A stretch of DNA of 64,000 nucleotides from Schizosaccharomyces osmophilus (taxonomy: Eukaryota). The stretch spans positions 2,418,001-2,482,000 of the forward strand of contig NC_079238.1 in assembly GCF_027921745.1 (NCBI RefSeq), read 5' to 3'. The stretch's first letter is position 1; every line of letters starts with the position of its first letter. Shown here in pieces: positions 14,277 to 25,529 of this stretch. Made by a program: the position numbers and the translations under genes. Under the pieces are notes generated by a model that saw nothing but the letters and a program-made list of their open reading frames with translations, made no database searches and had not been told where the DNA came from.

Positions 14277-15103
14277 AATGATTGATATGAAGTAAGTTTT
14301 GAAATTTATATCATTCGTTTAAAACGAAGTTTCTAGAGACTCGCCGGGTTACGAAGTTTTTGTTGCCTGTGGCTACTCAATCGTTTCATACACGAGGATA
14401 TGAAAGCTATGCGATGTTTTTCGCCTATGATTCCGTTGAAAGAGGGTCTTGGTAGTTATACCCATGAAACCTTTCCCGTAAATCATTTGAGCTTGGTACA
14501 TTCATTGGGGTTGGATATATGAAAACCGTCCTCGTCTGTAATTTTCTTAATTTTTAATTTTTTTTCGGTTTTGTGATGCTACCAAGCTCCATAAATGTGG
14601 ATTTTAACAATATGTATCTAACACTTTGGCATATTTTCTCAATAGGTGTATATAATAGTCATGACGAATGCGAATTTTCAGTTGGTCCAAAAAGTGGAAG
14701 GTAGCAATCTGGCTTTGTTTTTTGAAAGAAAATTATGTGAGATCGTCTATCTTCATCTCTATAATTGGTTATATATTACTATTTTATGCAATTTATTGCT
14801 GTTGAATCATTTTCGAGAAATTTAGGAAAGCTTCATCTAATAAATATTTACATTTTTTGCAAAAGACTTGCATCTTGTACCGGCAGCTAATCACTAGGTT
14901 GAAAAATATCGAATAGAAATGGTATAAAATTACTAAAAATCTAATCTGTAATTTACATTGACATTGAAAAAGCAATGCTATACACATCAATATACATTTG
15001 ACTACTGCTAAAATTTTATTAAGAAACTTTTACTTATTTAGCGAACTTCACTATTTGCTTTACCGTCGTGTTTGAAATTGTATAGAAAGGTCGTTAGAGG
15101 ACA

Positions 15104-15117
15104 GTAACCATGGCAAC
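15104..15117. promoter_or_regulatory. RFX-type X-box (candidate Sak1 site) upstream of fib1
   Basis: GTAACCATGGCAAC matches the RFX X-box consensus and ends 64 bp upstream of the fib1 ATG. Confidence 0.45.
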
Positions 15118-15180
15118 TTGCTATGTGGTGCTGGAAGGTCAAAATTTTACTGACCTTTAACCAACCACAACAAAAATATA

Positions 15181-16314
15181 ATGGCTTATTCACCAGGCGC
15201 AAGAGGTGGTCGTGGAGGCAGTAGAGGAGGCCGTGGAGGTTTCGGCGGTGGCCGTGGAGGTTTTGGCGGTGGCCGTGGAGGCTTTGGCGGCGGCCGTGGT
15301 GCTCCTCGCGGAGGTGGCCGTGGCGGTGGTCGCGGTGCTCCTCGTGGTGCTCCTCGTGGAGGCCGCGGCGGTGCCCGTGGAGGCGCTAGAGGAGGTTCTA
15401 AAGGTATGTCTATTTCCTTTGTACAAGGATCGATTGAGATGAACGTAGTAAGGCTATATGGAATGTGCTCATTAAACATGTTTGTGTAAAAAAAGAGGAA
15501 TTTTTTTTAGAGTTAAAAAAAATTTCAACGCCGACTATGAAAAAAAAAAAAATTTCATCTCAATCCGACCTGGATGATTGTATTCTTTTAAGATTTGTTA
15601 CTAATAATTTTAGTTGTTGTTGAACCCCACCGTCATTCAGGTGTTTTTATTGCCCGCGGTAAAGAAGATCTTCTTGTCACCCGCAACTTGGTTCCCGGAG
15701 AATCCGTATACAACGAAAAGCGTATCAGTGTAGACTCTCCTGATGGCACCAAGATTGAATATCGTGTCTGGAACCCTTTCCGTTCCAAGCTTGCCGCCGG
15801 TATTCTCGGTGGTTTAGACAACATCTACATCAAGCCAGGTGCCAAGGTTTTGTACTTGGGTGCTGCCAACGGTACATCAGTTTCTCACGTTGCTGATGTC
15901 GTCGGTCCTGAGGGTCTTGTCTATGCTGTCGAGTTTTCTCATCGATCTGGTCGTGATTTATTGAACATGGCTAAAAAGCGCACTAATGTTATTCCAATTG
16001 TTGAAGATGCTCGTCACGTTCAAAAGTACCGTATGTTGATTGGAATGGTTGACGCCATTTTTGCTGATGTTGCTCAACCTGACCAAGCTCGTATTGTTGC
16101 CCTTAATGCTGCTGCTTTCCTTAAGAACGAAGGTGGTGTCGTTATCTCTGTTAAGGCTTCTTGTATCGATTCTACTGCTGATGCTTCCGTTGTTTTTGCA
16201 CGTGAAGTTAAGAAAATGCAGGAAGAAAAAATTAAGCCTCAAGAGCAACTTACTTTGGAGCCTTATGAGCGTGATCATTGTATCATTGTCGGTAAATACT
16301 TGAGACACCAATAA
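15181..16314 (+). CDS. fib1: Fibrillarin, rRNA 2'-O-methyltransferase (intron 15404-15613)
   Basis: RGG/GAR exon 1, then [53 protein letters not shown]. Confidence 0.97.
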
Positions 16315-17368
16315 ACCAAAACCGATGTTATTTATATACATGCTTTACAATGCTTTAGTTTTTGCTAGATAAAAAGTTTTGCGGCGCTTTTGGTCGATGG
16401 TTCAATAAACAATTTTGGGTATAATTGTTGGTTACTGTTGTTGCTCTTAAAAAAAATATTGATCATTTAATTTTGGCGATTATCAAAACATACTAATCCA
16501 CACTCGTAGCTGTAAGTTGTGTATTTTGCGATGCATGTGCATATGTTTGCACGTTTGAAAAGATTCTGAGGAAGTAAGTCGATGTGTACGTATCGATCGC
16601 AAAGGTGTTTTGTAATACATCTATTTGTATAAAACGGGGCACAATGCAGTATAGGTTCACTGCTTTAATAATAGCTATGTATAAAGCATTTTTCGCACGA
16701 ACTTCATTTTATTATTCCTAAATGGAATGAAGTTGCTGGTGGGAAAGCTGAAAATTAAGAACTTGCAAGTAGTACAGCAATCATTTGCTTCAACTGAAAC
16801 TATTATTAGCTATTACAAATATAAAACATTCTTGTCCTACATATAGACTACAAATAAGTCCTTCGTGACGACAGATGAAACGCGTAAACAAATTGAGAAC
16901 CTTTGCATATATTTATTATAGTTTGATCGTACCATGTCGAAAATATTTATAGAAGTCGAAGAATTTTTTATATATTCAATGCCTCTTTACATCCACGAGC
17001 TTTCAGTTGCAGCAACCCTTCTTCTGTAAATAAACAAATGCTCCTGCTACTACGAAAAAAAAGGGAACAAATTGATACTAGCTAACCAAAATAAGTAAAC
17101 AATAGTAAAAATAAATAAATAGATAAAATTAAGAAAAAGGTAGTACGGCAAGTGTTTTATGGACTATACTTGAATAAAAATAATGAAGTAAATGAATCTA
17201 TCAGAGTGCGTAAGGATAAAACATGGAGTTATATGATACAGATGAGATGAGTTTTATTTTTATCTGCTGCCCAATCCATAACATGTTGCATTTGACTGCT
17301 AGCTAGTACTATATTCAAAGGGTCTTCAGTTTGCAACAAATCATTCAAAAGTGAGACGACATATTAGA

Positions 17369-18682
17369 CTAATCATATGGTTTAGAATCCTCATAGGCAT
17401 GTGGATATTTGTTATAATCCCATGAACTGGAATGGGATCTTTCCTTCGCGTGATATGGGACACCATTTTTATATTCCTCAGGAACACTATAAATGTTTTC
17501 CAAATCTCCAAACTGATGATCCCAAGAATAAGACCATTTGGGATTTCTAGTCTTGGCGATGAGCTGTGCATCCACACCAATCAAGAAGTCGGGTTGATTG
17601 AGCATGTGATAAGAAACAATTTGGTCATGCATTAAGGCTTCCGAAATTGTCCACTTTCCAGCGCGTTCGATGAGACTATTTGTTACAGCTAAAGAGAGAG
17701 GCGACTTTTTGAGTAAAGTCTCCAGAGTTTCCTTGGCGAATTCAGAGGCCCAATCGGACTGAGTTTCTTCCTTAAGTGCGCGGATGATACTGACTTGATC
17801 GTGATATTTAAAGCATCTATCAATAGCTTGAAGATTCTGAACATTCAATAAAGAGGAAGACCGAGGAAGTTCACCGCCGAATTCATCAATTGTGTCTCCA
17901 ATCTTAACGATATCAGAAGTGTTCAAATCGGCAAGCCTTTGCTCAAGTTCTCCAAGCATGTGCTTGGGCACAAAATGTGTTGCAATTCCCAATGGCACAC
18001 AGTCTTCCCCATTGACCACCTTGGACGTAAAAGCAAGGTATTTTCCAATGTGAAACGGCATACGATTAAAGAAAAAGCTAGAGCCAACATCGGGAAAGTA
18101 GCCTATAGTAGTTTCAGGCATAGCAAATTTAGTGTCTTCACAGGCAATTCGAAAAGGAGTGTGCATGGCTAAGCCAGCACCCCCACCCATTGTGATTCCA
18201 TTCATGAATGCCACTATTGGCTTGTTGTATGTAGCAATTGTATGGCATAAGCGGTACTCTTCTGTGAATGCTTTTCGTGTGCGGGCTAACTCCCCTTGCT
18301 TTATACCAATGGCTGCCTCTTTCACATCACCACCAGAGCTAAATGCTCGACCATTTCCCTTAAGAATTATGACTTTTGCTAATTCTGATTGCTCCAACTT
18401 TACGAGTTTGGAATGAAGCGAATTAGCCATTTCTAGATTAATCGCATTCAGCTTTTCTGGTCGGTTTAACGTCAGAACCCTGGCTCCTAATTTACTTTCC
18501 ATTAAAATAGATCCTGAAGAAGAGTTGGAAGCTAATGTGCTTTTGAATTTCTGGTTCAAAATCCTTGCTCGAGACATATTGAAACGATTGCAGATTGGAT
18601 TCATCGACAAATAGTTCCGCTTACAAAAATGTATAGTATTTCCTCCTTTGATAGTTAGACTTCTTCCATTCATTAAAGTCAT
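17369..18682 (-). CDS. snr1: 3-hydroxyisobutyryl-CoA hydrolase family (EHD3 ortholog), mitochondrial
   Basis: Crotonase motifs LNRPEKLNA, AFSSGGD, GITMGGGAG, FAMPETTIGYFPDVG. Exact start codon uncertain. Confidence 0.9.
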   Translation of the reverse strand: MTLMNGRSLTIKGGNTIHFCKRNYLSMNPICNRFNMSRARILNQKFKSTLASNSSSGSILMESKLGARVLTLNRPEKLNAINLEMANSLHSKLVKLEQSELAKVIILKGNGRAFSSGGDVKEAAIGIKQGELARTRKAFTEEYRLCHTIATYNKPIVAFMNGITMGGGAGLAMHTPFRIACEDTKFAMPETTIGYFPDVGSSFFFNRMPFHIGKYLAFTSKVVNGEDCVPLGIATHFVPKHMLGELEQRLADLNTSDIVKIGDTIDEFGGELPRSSSLLNVQNLQAIDRCFKYHDQVSIIRALKEETQSDWASEFAKETLETLLKKSPLSLAVTNSLIERAGKWTISEALMHDQIVSYHMLNQPDFLIGVDAQLIAKTRNPKWSYSWDHQFGDLENIYSVPEEYKNGVPYHAKERSHSSSWDYNKYPHAYEDSKPYD

Positions 18683-19567
18683 GAATATGTTCGTCCCGAC
18701 TTCCTAGTTTCTTTTGGTAGTTGTTTGGTGTTGACGATGCTTGTCATAAAGGTGAACAATACGTTACGTTTGTCCTTACAAGAACCTTTCATTTTAAGAC
18801 AAGTCATTTATAACGAATATCTTAATTCTCAAATTCACAAGTGTTACTTTTCTTTCCTTGTCTTCATGCCCTAAAATACTGGCATTCGTACTATGGTATT
18901 CCAGCTTTTGTTTATTTCTACAACTTTCCTCTAATTCAAAACTTCTCTTCCATGATTAGAGGCACTACTACTTTGGTTTTCTGTTCCTAGATGATCGCTT
19001 TGTTTACATGGTCCTATTCATCCTGTCAAAATTAGTCACCGAAAACGAATGCAGTTTGTATTGTATAAATTTCCTAGAAAAGAAAAAAATAATAAGAATT
19101 CACTCCTAGCCAGCCGCTCATTGTTTCTACTGTGCTTTTTTGGACAGAGACAAAACAAATAAAAACACAAAAACTTTTCGCAAAAGTCGCACATCGTTGA
19201 TTCCTTTTACAACTCAAATTAATATCAAATCAAAAGTAAAAACGAAAAATACCAGTTCATCCTGTTCCATTGAAAAACCCCCAAAAAAAAACAAACGAAA
19301 GCTTTCATTTTACCTTGCTTTATATTATGATATATTGTATTACATAGTACGATAAGAAAGAGAGAATTAGTAGCGCCATTTACCTGATGAAGCATATCCT
19401 GAAAGGTCATTATAATAATAATAATAATTATTTTTCTTTTTTGTTTGATTCAATTCATGATTAGTACATCTAAAAAAAGATTTACTACGTGCACTAAAAA
19501 ATAGAGGTTGATTGCTGTCAAACGACTCAGGCTATCGAAACTCTTCGATGGCGTTTAGCGACATTCT

Positions 19568-21065
19568 TCACACTGTCAAACTCAATCTACGCTTTTGAGT
19601 AAATTCATCCTTTTTATCCGACGCAGTTTCAATTTCTTCTAACTCTTTCAAGTATATCTCTTAAATCTCTAATTTTTTCAAGTTTCAATCTCCTGTTCAA
19701 TATCATCCCTTCTCTTCAAGAGCGTTGAATAATTCCTGTATGTAAACGACCAGGTTGGCATAGATAAAATGTACTCAAAGTCCACTAGAGAAAACCTCAA
19801 ATGCTTCAATTGGATCTTCGCCAGTCTTTCGAGCCTTGTTAGCTACTTTCTTAGCTTCACTATCCTTCTTAGGCTTTGAAATAGACTGAAACCCGTTTTC
19901 ACTGAGGTCGACTATAAGCGTGCTTCTTTTCTTTTGCCAAATAAGAAATTCATTTCCCATAATCATTTGAATAAACCTCGCGTATTGAAAAGTGCGTTAT
20001 AGCGACCTACTAGCCCAGCAATTAGACATTCTTTTCGTCTTTGATAGGTCCGTAAACGGACTTGAAAAAACTCTAAAAGAATATCTTCAACAGCATCAAT
20101 TTTTTTAATCCTTCCTGATGGATCCAATGCACCATATTGCTGGTAGTCTGAATGTAGACTAAGCTGAATTTACTTTCCAAGGATTCTTGCCAAAACTTCT
20201 TTCATCCCTTCTTCGTCAAAGTTACTTGGAAATGTACCTTATCTAAGACACGATACGGATCATTGTATTCTTCGTACTCTTTGATAAATGTCTTTATCAC
20301 TTCCTGTCTTTCCCTCTTCTAGGAATTGCTTCATGTCTCGAATCCACAATTGGACGGACAATTCCGTTTTTCCGTTATTTGCTTAATTGTACCACTAACA
20401 CTGTGATTTTTCGAAGCCACTTTTTCTATGCTATCACAAAATCCTTGATACCAAGGAAACCTGTCTAGCAAAGGTTCATTGCTCAAAAGCCGTCTCAAGT
20501 TTGCAACAATACCTTTACGGTTCAATTTTGGAATACTGGTATACCAGCCGCTTCAGATCCCTCTGCGCCGTTAATAAAAATCACTGGTAATATTGGGATG
20601 CAACAGTCAACTGTTCAGCTGACCTTCCTTCCTCTGATAAATGACTAAAGGATCATCTTCCAGTCTGAATTACTTTCTAGCTATAGGGGAAAGAGAAGTC
20701 CAAGCTTAAAAATCTATATCTTCCCTTGTATTGTTTTTGAAGCAATGGGATTAACACGAGTGCCAAACTTGTAAACATCATCCGTTAAAATATTGATGTT
20801 ACTACTTCCAACAAAATGTTGAGCCAAGCTTATTATTGTCTGTGTTAAGGAACCAATAGTATCTTCAGTATAGACCCAAACCATTTTCGTATAATAACCC
20901 AGGTGCAAACTTGCATATCCTTACTGAACTAGTAATATTCTTCTTAACACGGTAACGAATGACCTTTCGCTGATCTGGGTTGAAACCGGTGTATAATGAA
21001 AGGAATGAAAAGGAAACAATCTTCCATATATAACTAAGAGAGTGTTGAAGTCGTCGAGTAAAAGT
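19568..21065 (-). pseudogene. Degenerate DNA topoisomerase II copy containing only the GyrA/ParC-like breakage-reunion half
   Basis: Collinear Top2 motifs across shifting frames: GFNPDQRKVIRY, SLTQTIISLAQHFVGSSNINIL, FGTR, GRY, TSLSPIARK*FRLEDD, IPILPVIFINGAEG, GWYTSIP, FPWYQGF, TELSVQLWIRDMKQFLE, QTTSNMV, LDPSGRIKK, DILLEFFQVRLRTYQRRKE, ARFIQMI, FQSISKPKK, FEYILSMPTWSFT. More than ten frame changes plus in-frame stops (20670, 19678). Confidence 0.9.
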
Positions 21066-21377
21066 GAGACTGCGATTGTTCGTCTACTGCCATAGTAGTG
21101 TTCCGTTAAGCTTATGAACACCACCTAAGTTAATAAATAGAAGACATAGAAGTCAGATTTACAAAAAAAGAGAATCGCGAAAGGATTCATCTATGAACCG
21201 TAGTCCAAGGACAAAAGGACATTTGTGGATTAGCAAGTCAAATACTTTTAAGAAATAATTTTTTTGATCATTAAGGATCCAGCCGAATTGGCATTGGTTT
21301 TTTCTTTACAATAGCGCCCATGCCATACCGGAGAACCTGTGAATGTCTTTCTTCGTTTTCATGAAGTCCTACTTCAT

Positions 21378-21387
21378 GTAAACAAAC
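21378..21387. promoter_or_regulatory. FLEX/forkhead (Mei4-type) motif in the divergent region between the Top2-like relic and yml6
   Basis: GTAAACAAAC, immediately preceded by the inverted repeat ATGAAGT-CCT-ACTTCAT (21361-21377). Confidence 0.35.
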
Positions 21388-21419
21388 GTGGATTTGCGAT
21401 GTAGAACGTACTTCATTGA

Positions 21420-22301
21420 ATGTATGCAACGTGTAGGACCAAACTCCTTATTTGGGAAAAACACTTCCCTCACACAACCAGACGAAACAACATTTTTTAT
21501 CCATTGCCATTCCAAGCCATTAGTGCGCATTTTTGGACTCATATATTTGCTATGCTCCATCTTACAAGATACAAATTCCCATCTCTTGAACCCACCAGCA
21601 TCCTTCAGGTTCCGAAGCACTTTTTGCAGGAACGATTTCGACGCGACATTCTGCATCGTGCCGTCGTCTACGAGGCGGACGCAGATAGACAAGGAACCGC
21701 TAGTACAAAACGACGCAGTGAAATTAATTGCTCTGGAAAAAAACTCTACCGCCAAAAAGGTACAGGTTATGCAAGAGTAGGTGATGCTTCAAGTCCTATT
21801 CGTAAAGGAGGTGCCGTTGCTCATGGTCCCAAGCCTCGAGATTTCAGTACAAAGCTGCAATCACAAGTCTACGACATGGCCATGCGTGTCGCCTTGAGCT
21901 ATAGATTCGTAAAGGACGACTTGATGGTCTTAGAGGATCTCGTCGACATTCCCGTAGGCCAAAGCCGTGTCTTGCAAGAGATTATACTCCAACACCAGCT
22001 TGGCCATCCATACGGGCGGTCCTTGTTTGTGTTACATGATGAATTCTTTCAACCTAGAAACGCTAAACAAAACAATTTTCTAAAGACTGCATCTACTCAA
22101 GGCAAACATATGCAACTTTGCTCAGTTAGTGAATTTCAAGTCCGTGATGCCCTTAAATATGGTAAACTATTTATCGATTCAAAAGCCATGTCCGTATTAC
22201 TCGAGAAGCATACTCGCAGACCCTCACTATTCGCGCCTTCTACCACTTCTACTGCTACTACCTACCCTTCGGCTTCTACCGTTGCAAACGGATCTCAATG
22301 A
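21420..22301 (+). CDS. yml6: Mitochondrial ribosomal protein uL4m
   Basis: [48 protein letters not shown]. Confidence 0.93.
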   Translation: MYATCRTKLLIWEKHFPHTTRRNNIFYPLPFQAISAHFWTHIFAMLHLTRYKFPSLEPTSILQVPKHFLQERFRRDILHRAVVYEADADRQGTASTKRRSEINCSGKKLYRQKGTGYARVGDASSPIRKGGAVAHGPKPRDFSTKLQSQVYDMAMRVALSYRFVKDDLMVLEDLVDIPVGQSRVLQEIILQHQLGHPYGRSLFVLHDEFFQPRNAKQNNFLKTASTQGKHMQLCSVSEFQVRDALKYGKLFIDSKAMSVLLEKHTRRPSLFAPSTTSTATTYPSASTVANGSQ

Positions 22302-22655
22302 GGAAATTAGAGTAAGAAACTAATTTCCGAATCCTTACAATCATTGAATTTGATTAATACAACAATACAACAATTCAGATAGGTAGCTAAGTGGGTGCTT
22401 CGGTTCTGTTTTGGCTTTGGCTTTGTAAGAAAGGAATTCATTTTCTTGATTTTCTTCTTTCTCACTGTTCATGTTTGATGAATAGAACGTGAAACTTAGA
22501 TGTTTACAAATATCATGTTCTGATTTTCCTATCCCCTTTTTTTTGTGCCAAGCCTGAAAGAAACAATTCTTCTTTTTATTTTCCCTGAGACCATTCATTT
22601 ACTTTCTTTCGATCCTTGCTTTTCCTCTCGTTACACTAAGATTGTTCTCTTCAAT

Positions 22656-23132
22656 ATGGTGGGAACGTTTCTACGAGTTCCTATATCCGTCCTCCAAGTG
22701 GCTGCTGCCGTGCATCAGATTCATGAACATTTTTTTCAAGTTCAAATGACATCAGGTCCCAGTATGATGCCTACTCTAAACTCTGGCGGTGAATTTGTCC
22801 TACTCGACAAGTATCATGGTCGCCTTGGAAGGTGTTGCACCGCTGGAGATATGGTGGTTGCCGCAAAACCTACCGGCTCAAGACAATATGTCTGCAAACG
22901 AATTATCGGTATGCCTGGAGACGTGGTCTTTGCTGATCCGCTGGTGTCTGATAATAAAATCAATGTCCCTAAAGGCCATGTTTGGCTGGCCGGCGATAAT
23001 GTCATGCATTCCTTAGACAGCCGAACTTATGGTCCTGTTCCCATGGGCCTAATCAAAGCTAAAGTTATTGCCCGTGTATGGCCAAATCCTGGTTGGCTGT
23101 CGAATTCACTGGAAGATTACACACCCTCATGA
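22656..23132 (+). CDS. Mitochondrial inner membrane peptidase catalytic subunit (Imp1-type, S26 family)
   Basis: GPSMMPTL (catalytic Ser), VCKRIIGMPGD (catalytic Lys), VPKGHVWLAGDN, SLDSRTYGPVP. Confidence 0.93.
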   Translation: MVGTFLRVPISVLQVAAAVHQIHEHFFQVQMTSGPSMMPTLNSGGEFVLLDKYHGRLGRCCTAGDMVVAAKPTGSRQYVCKRIIGMPGDVVFADPLVSDNKINVPKGHVWLAGDNVMHSLDSRTYGPVPMGLIKAKVIARVWPNPGWLSNSLEDYTPS

Positions 23133-23477
23133 AGTCCCAAATTATATTTGCCGCATACTCTCTTTTGTGTTCCTTCGTTCTCATATGATCTATAATAATA
23201 ATAATGCGAATACCATTATGCTCGTACTCGTTTCTCCTTTTCTTTTGGAGTATGTATTTTGGTAAATTTTCATGTTCACCAGGATGCGCACAATTCATAA
23301 ACTATAGCACTATACTCGGATATACACTGTAAAATATTATTGCTAAGCATAAAATAAAATAATAAATAAAACAAATGTGTACGTAAAAAAAATAAACATA
23401 TGGATTGCATATCAGCAATTCACCCGGAATGCTCCCTGAATCATGATTACATTATATTCCATGTAACGAATTTTTTT

Positions 23478-24818
23478 TTACCAATCATTACAAAAACTTG
23501 AGTCTAGTAATTCATCGGTTCCCTCTGGACCAAAGCCACTGGAATAAAATGATGGCTGGGTTGGTTCAGAACAAATTTCAAAATTTGGGAACCATGGTTC
23601 TTCGGTTTTAGAGGGTTTCGTATTGTGGTATAAAGAATTTCCTAAACGATCAAATAAAGGACTACTGTGAAATAAAACGACATTATCGTTTTTGTGCATG
23701 TTTTTGGAAGGAGGTGTCGTGGGTGCATCTTTCACTGCTTCCCTCTTTTCGCTCCGCTTTCGAGATATTAATGCTTGTTTTGCTGCAACGCGAGCATCGC
23801 AAAGTGTGCTATCGCTAAAGCAAACCCTCATGGGCTCCCCTCCCATCGTTGCAGATTCAGAAACAGGCTCTGAGTGAGAACCCATCAGAGATGATCCCGA
23901 TTCATACATTTCCGAACTATAGGGTTCCTCAAGTGTATCCGAATATGGGAAATTCTCAAATATTTGTTTCCCCGGCGATATTAAATCTACTTGGATAGGA
24001 TTTTTCGAGTAAAACGCATCCTGTACTCCACACTCTAAAGGAAATTCTGACTGGCAATTCAAAAATTTTGAAGGTGTTTCATTATGAAAAGACTTAAAAC
24101 CAGGTGTCCATGTTGCGGAACGCTGCATACCTATCCCCAAATCGTCTATGAAACTGTAAGGTTCTGCCAGATCACTCGAAATAAAATCGGAACTACTAGT
24201 AAGATTTGTAGATAAAAAATCACTTTCGAGTGAATTCATTGAATTGAGATTGATTTTGTTTGACTCGCTTTTAGACATCTCATTCATATCTTCTGAAACC
24301 AAAGATGCAGCCCCATTTGGTTGTACAACAAGCGAAACACAAACAACTGAAGACTTCGGAGGAGGTAAATAAGACGGACGGGGCATACTAGGAAGGGAGT
24401 TTGTTCTTTTCATATCAGTAGCTTCAAAGCTGTTTCTTTTGGAAAACATGTTCGAAGGACGTGGCGCACGATTATTTTGAGAGCACTTAGAACGCCAAGA
24501 ACGAGCTTGTTTAGAGCGATAGGGTGCCCGAACAAGAACATGAGGATCCACCGAGCGTGGTTCTTCTTTCAAAGTGTCGGATCGAAAGGGACTCTTGGCA
24601 ATCTTATTTAGTACTTTTGCAGAAGTCGAGAGTAGTTTTGGGTTCGGGGAAGAAGGTGCGTCTAAGCCTGTTTCACCAGCAAGTTTAAATGAGTTTAAAC
24701 GTTCAGTTAAAATCCTATTCTTCCCGAAATTTTCCTTGCGACGCAACTCATCGTCTCTCGATCCATGATTTAAACGTTTCATGCGATCCAGGTTTTCAAA
24801 GCCATAACGTACAGACAT
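23478..24818 (-). CDS. rep1: Probable ortholog of meiotic MBF activator Rep1/Rec16
   Basis: 446-aa Ser-rich ORF at the rep1 syntenic position. The block CFSDSTLCDARVAAKQALISRKR...PTTPP...HSSPLFDR resembles Rep1 as I recall it. Ste11 TR boxes lie upstream. Confidence 0.7.
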   Translation of the reverse strand: MSVRYGFENLDRMKRLNHGSRDDELRRKENFGKNRILTERLNSFKLAGETGLDAPSSPNPKLLSTSAKVLNKIAKSPFRSDTLKEEPRSVDPHVLVRAPYRSKQARSWRSKCSQNNRAPRPSNMFSKRNSFEATDMKRTNSLPSMPRPSYLPPPKSSVVCVSLVVQPNGAASLVSEDMNEMSKSESNKINLNSMNSLESDFLSTNLTSSSDFISSDLAEPYSFIDDLGIGMQRSATWTPGFKSFHNETPSKFLNCQSEFPLECGVQDAFYSKNPIQVDLISPGKQIFENFPYSDTLEEPYSSEMYESGSSLMGSHSEPVSESATMGGEPMRVCFSDSTLCDARVAAKQALISRKRSEKREAVKDAPTTPPSKNMHKNDNVVLFHSSPLFDRLGNSLYHNTKPSKTEEPWFPNFEICSEPTQPSFYSSGFGPEGTDELLDSSFCNDW

Positions 24819-25451
24819 AGCAAATATAGAAAAACGGCAGAAACGGCCAGTTATTCAATTCTGGTTAGCACACTTTGATGTTTTATTTTTATGTACAACT
24901 TTAGTAGAGATCAATTGATGGAGAAAAGCGAAAACACTTCTCTATATAGAAATCTGAGTCAGTCGTCTCTTAAATGTATAAAGAATTTCAAAGTCAACCG
25001 TTCAGGTTTGTTTTCAAAACGATGAATGCCAACTATTAACTCTGTTTAAAATCCAATGAGACGCAACGGTTTTAACTTTTAATATGATAGGAATTTTAAA
25101 TTAATAAAACCAGTACGAATCTTCTTGTCCCTTTATACTTTTCTTTGAAAACAACGATCAATTACTTCCAAATTGTCAACTCAATCTCAAACAATCCGTT
25201 TCCTTCTTTATATAAATTCAAATGTTTAAACAATTCCAAATAGTTTCAAAAAGTTAAGAAATTCTTCCTCAATAAGCAATTGTCAAGTTTTAACTTTTGT
25301 TTTGGATATTGTTGTGGTTGACCAACGAGGGAGGTAGGTAATTCAAGAGTTCGTAACAGCGAAGTATGTCGAAACAACTTAGAATTTTGTTTGTACTTGG
25401 TAGAAGTTTACAAACTAAAGTAGACGAAATAAAATTATAAAAGGATCAATT

Positions 25452-25529
25452 TTTCTTTGTTTTTACAAAAAAACGTATATGTCACTTAATGCGAATGGAT
25501 TGGAGAATGAGCGAACTACAACAAAGAAA
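25452..25529. promoter_or_regulatory. Pair of Ste11 TR boxes upstream of rep1
   Basis: TTTCTTTGTT at 25452-25461 and its reverse complement AACAAAGAAA at 25520-25529. Confidence 0.6.

Noticed and set aside
16490..16625. Possible H/ACA snoRNA downstream of fib1 (two weak hairpins, AAAAGA, ACA)
   Set aside because: Stems are weak and I could not assign an rRNA target; an Rfam or snoGPS search is needed.
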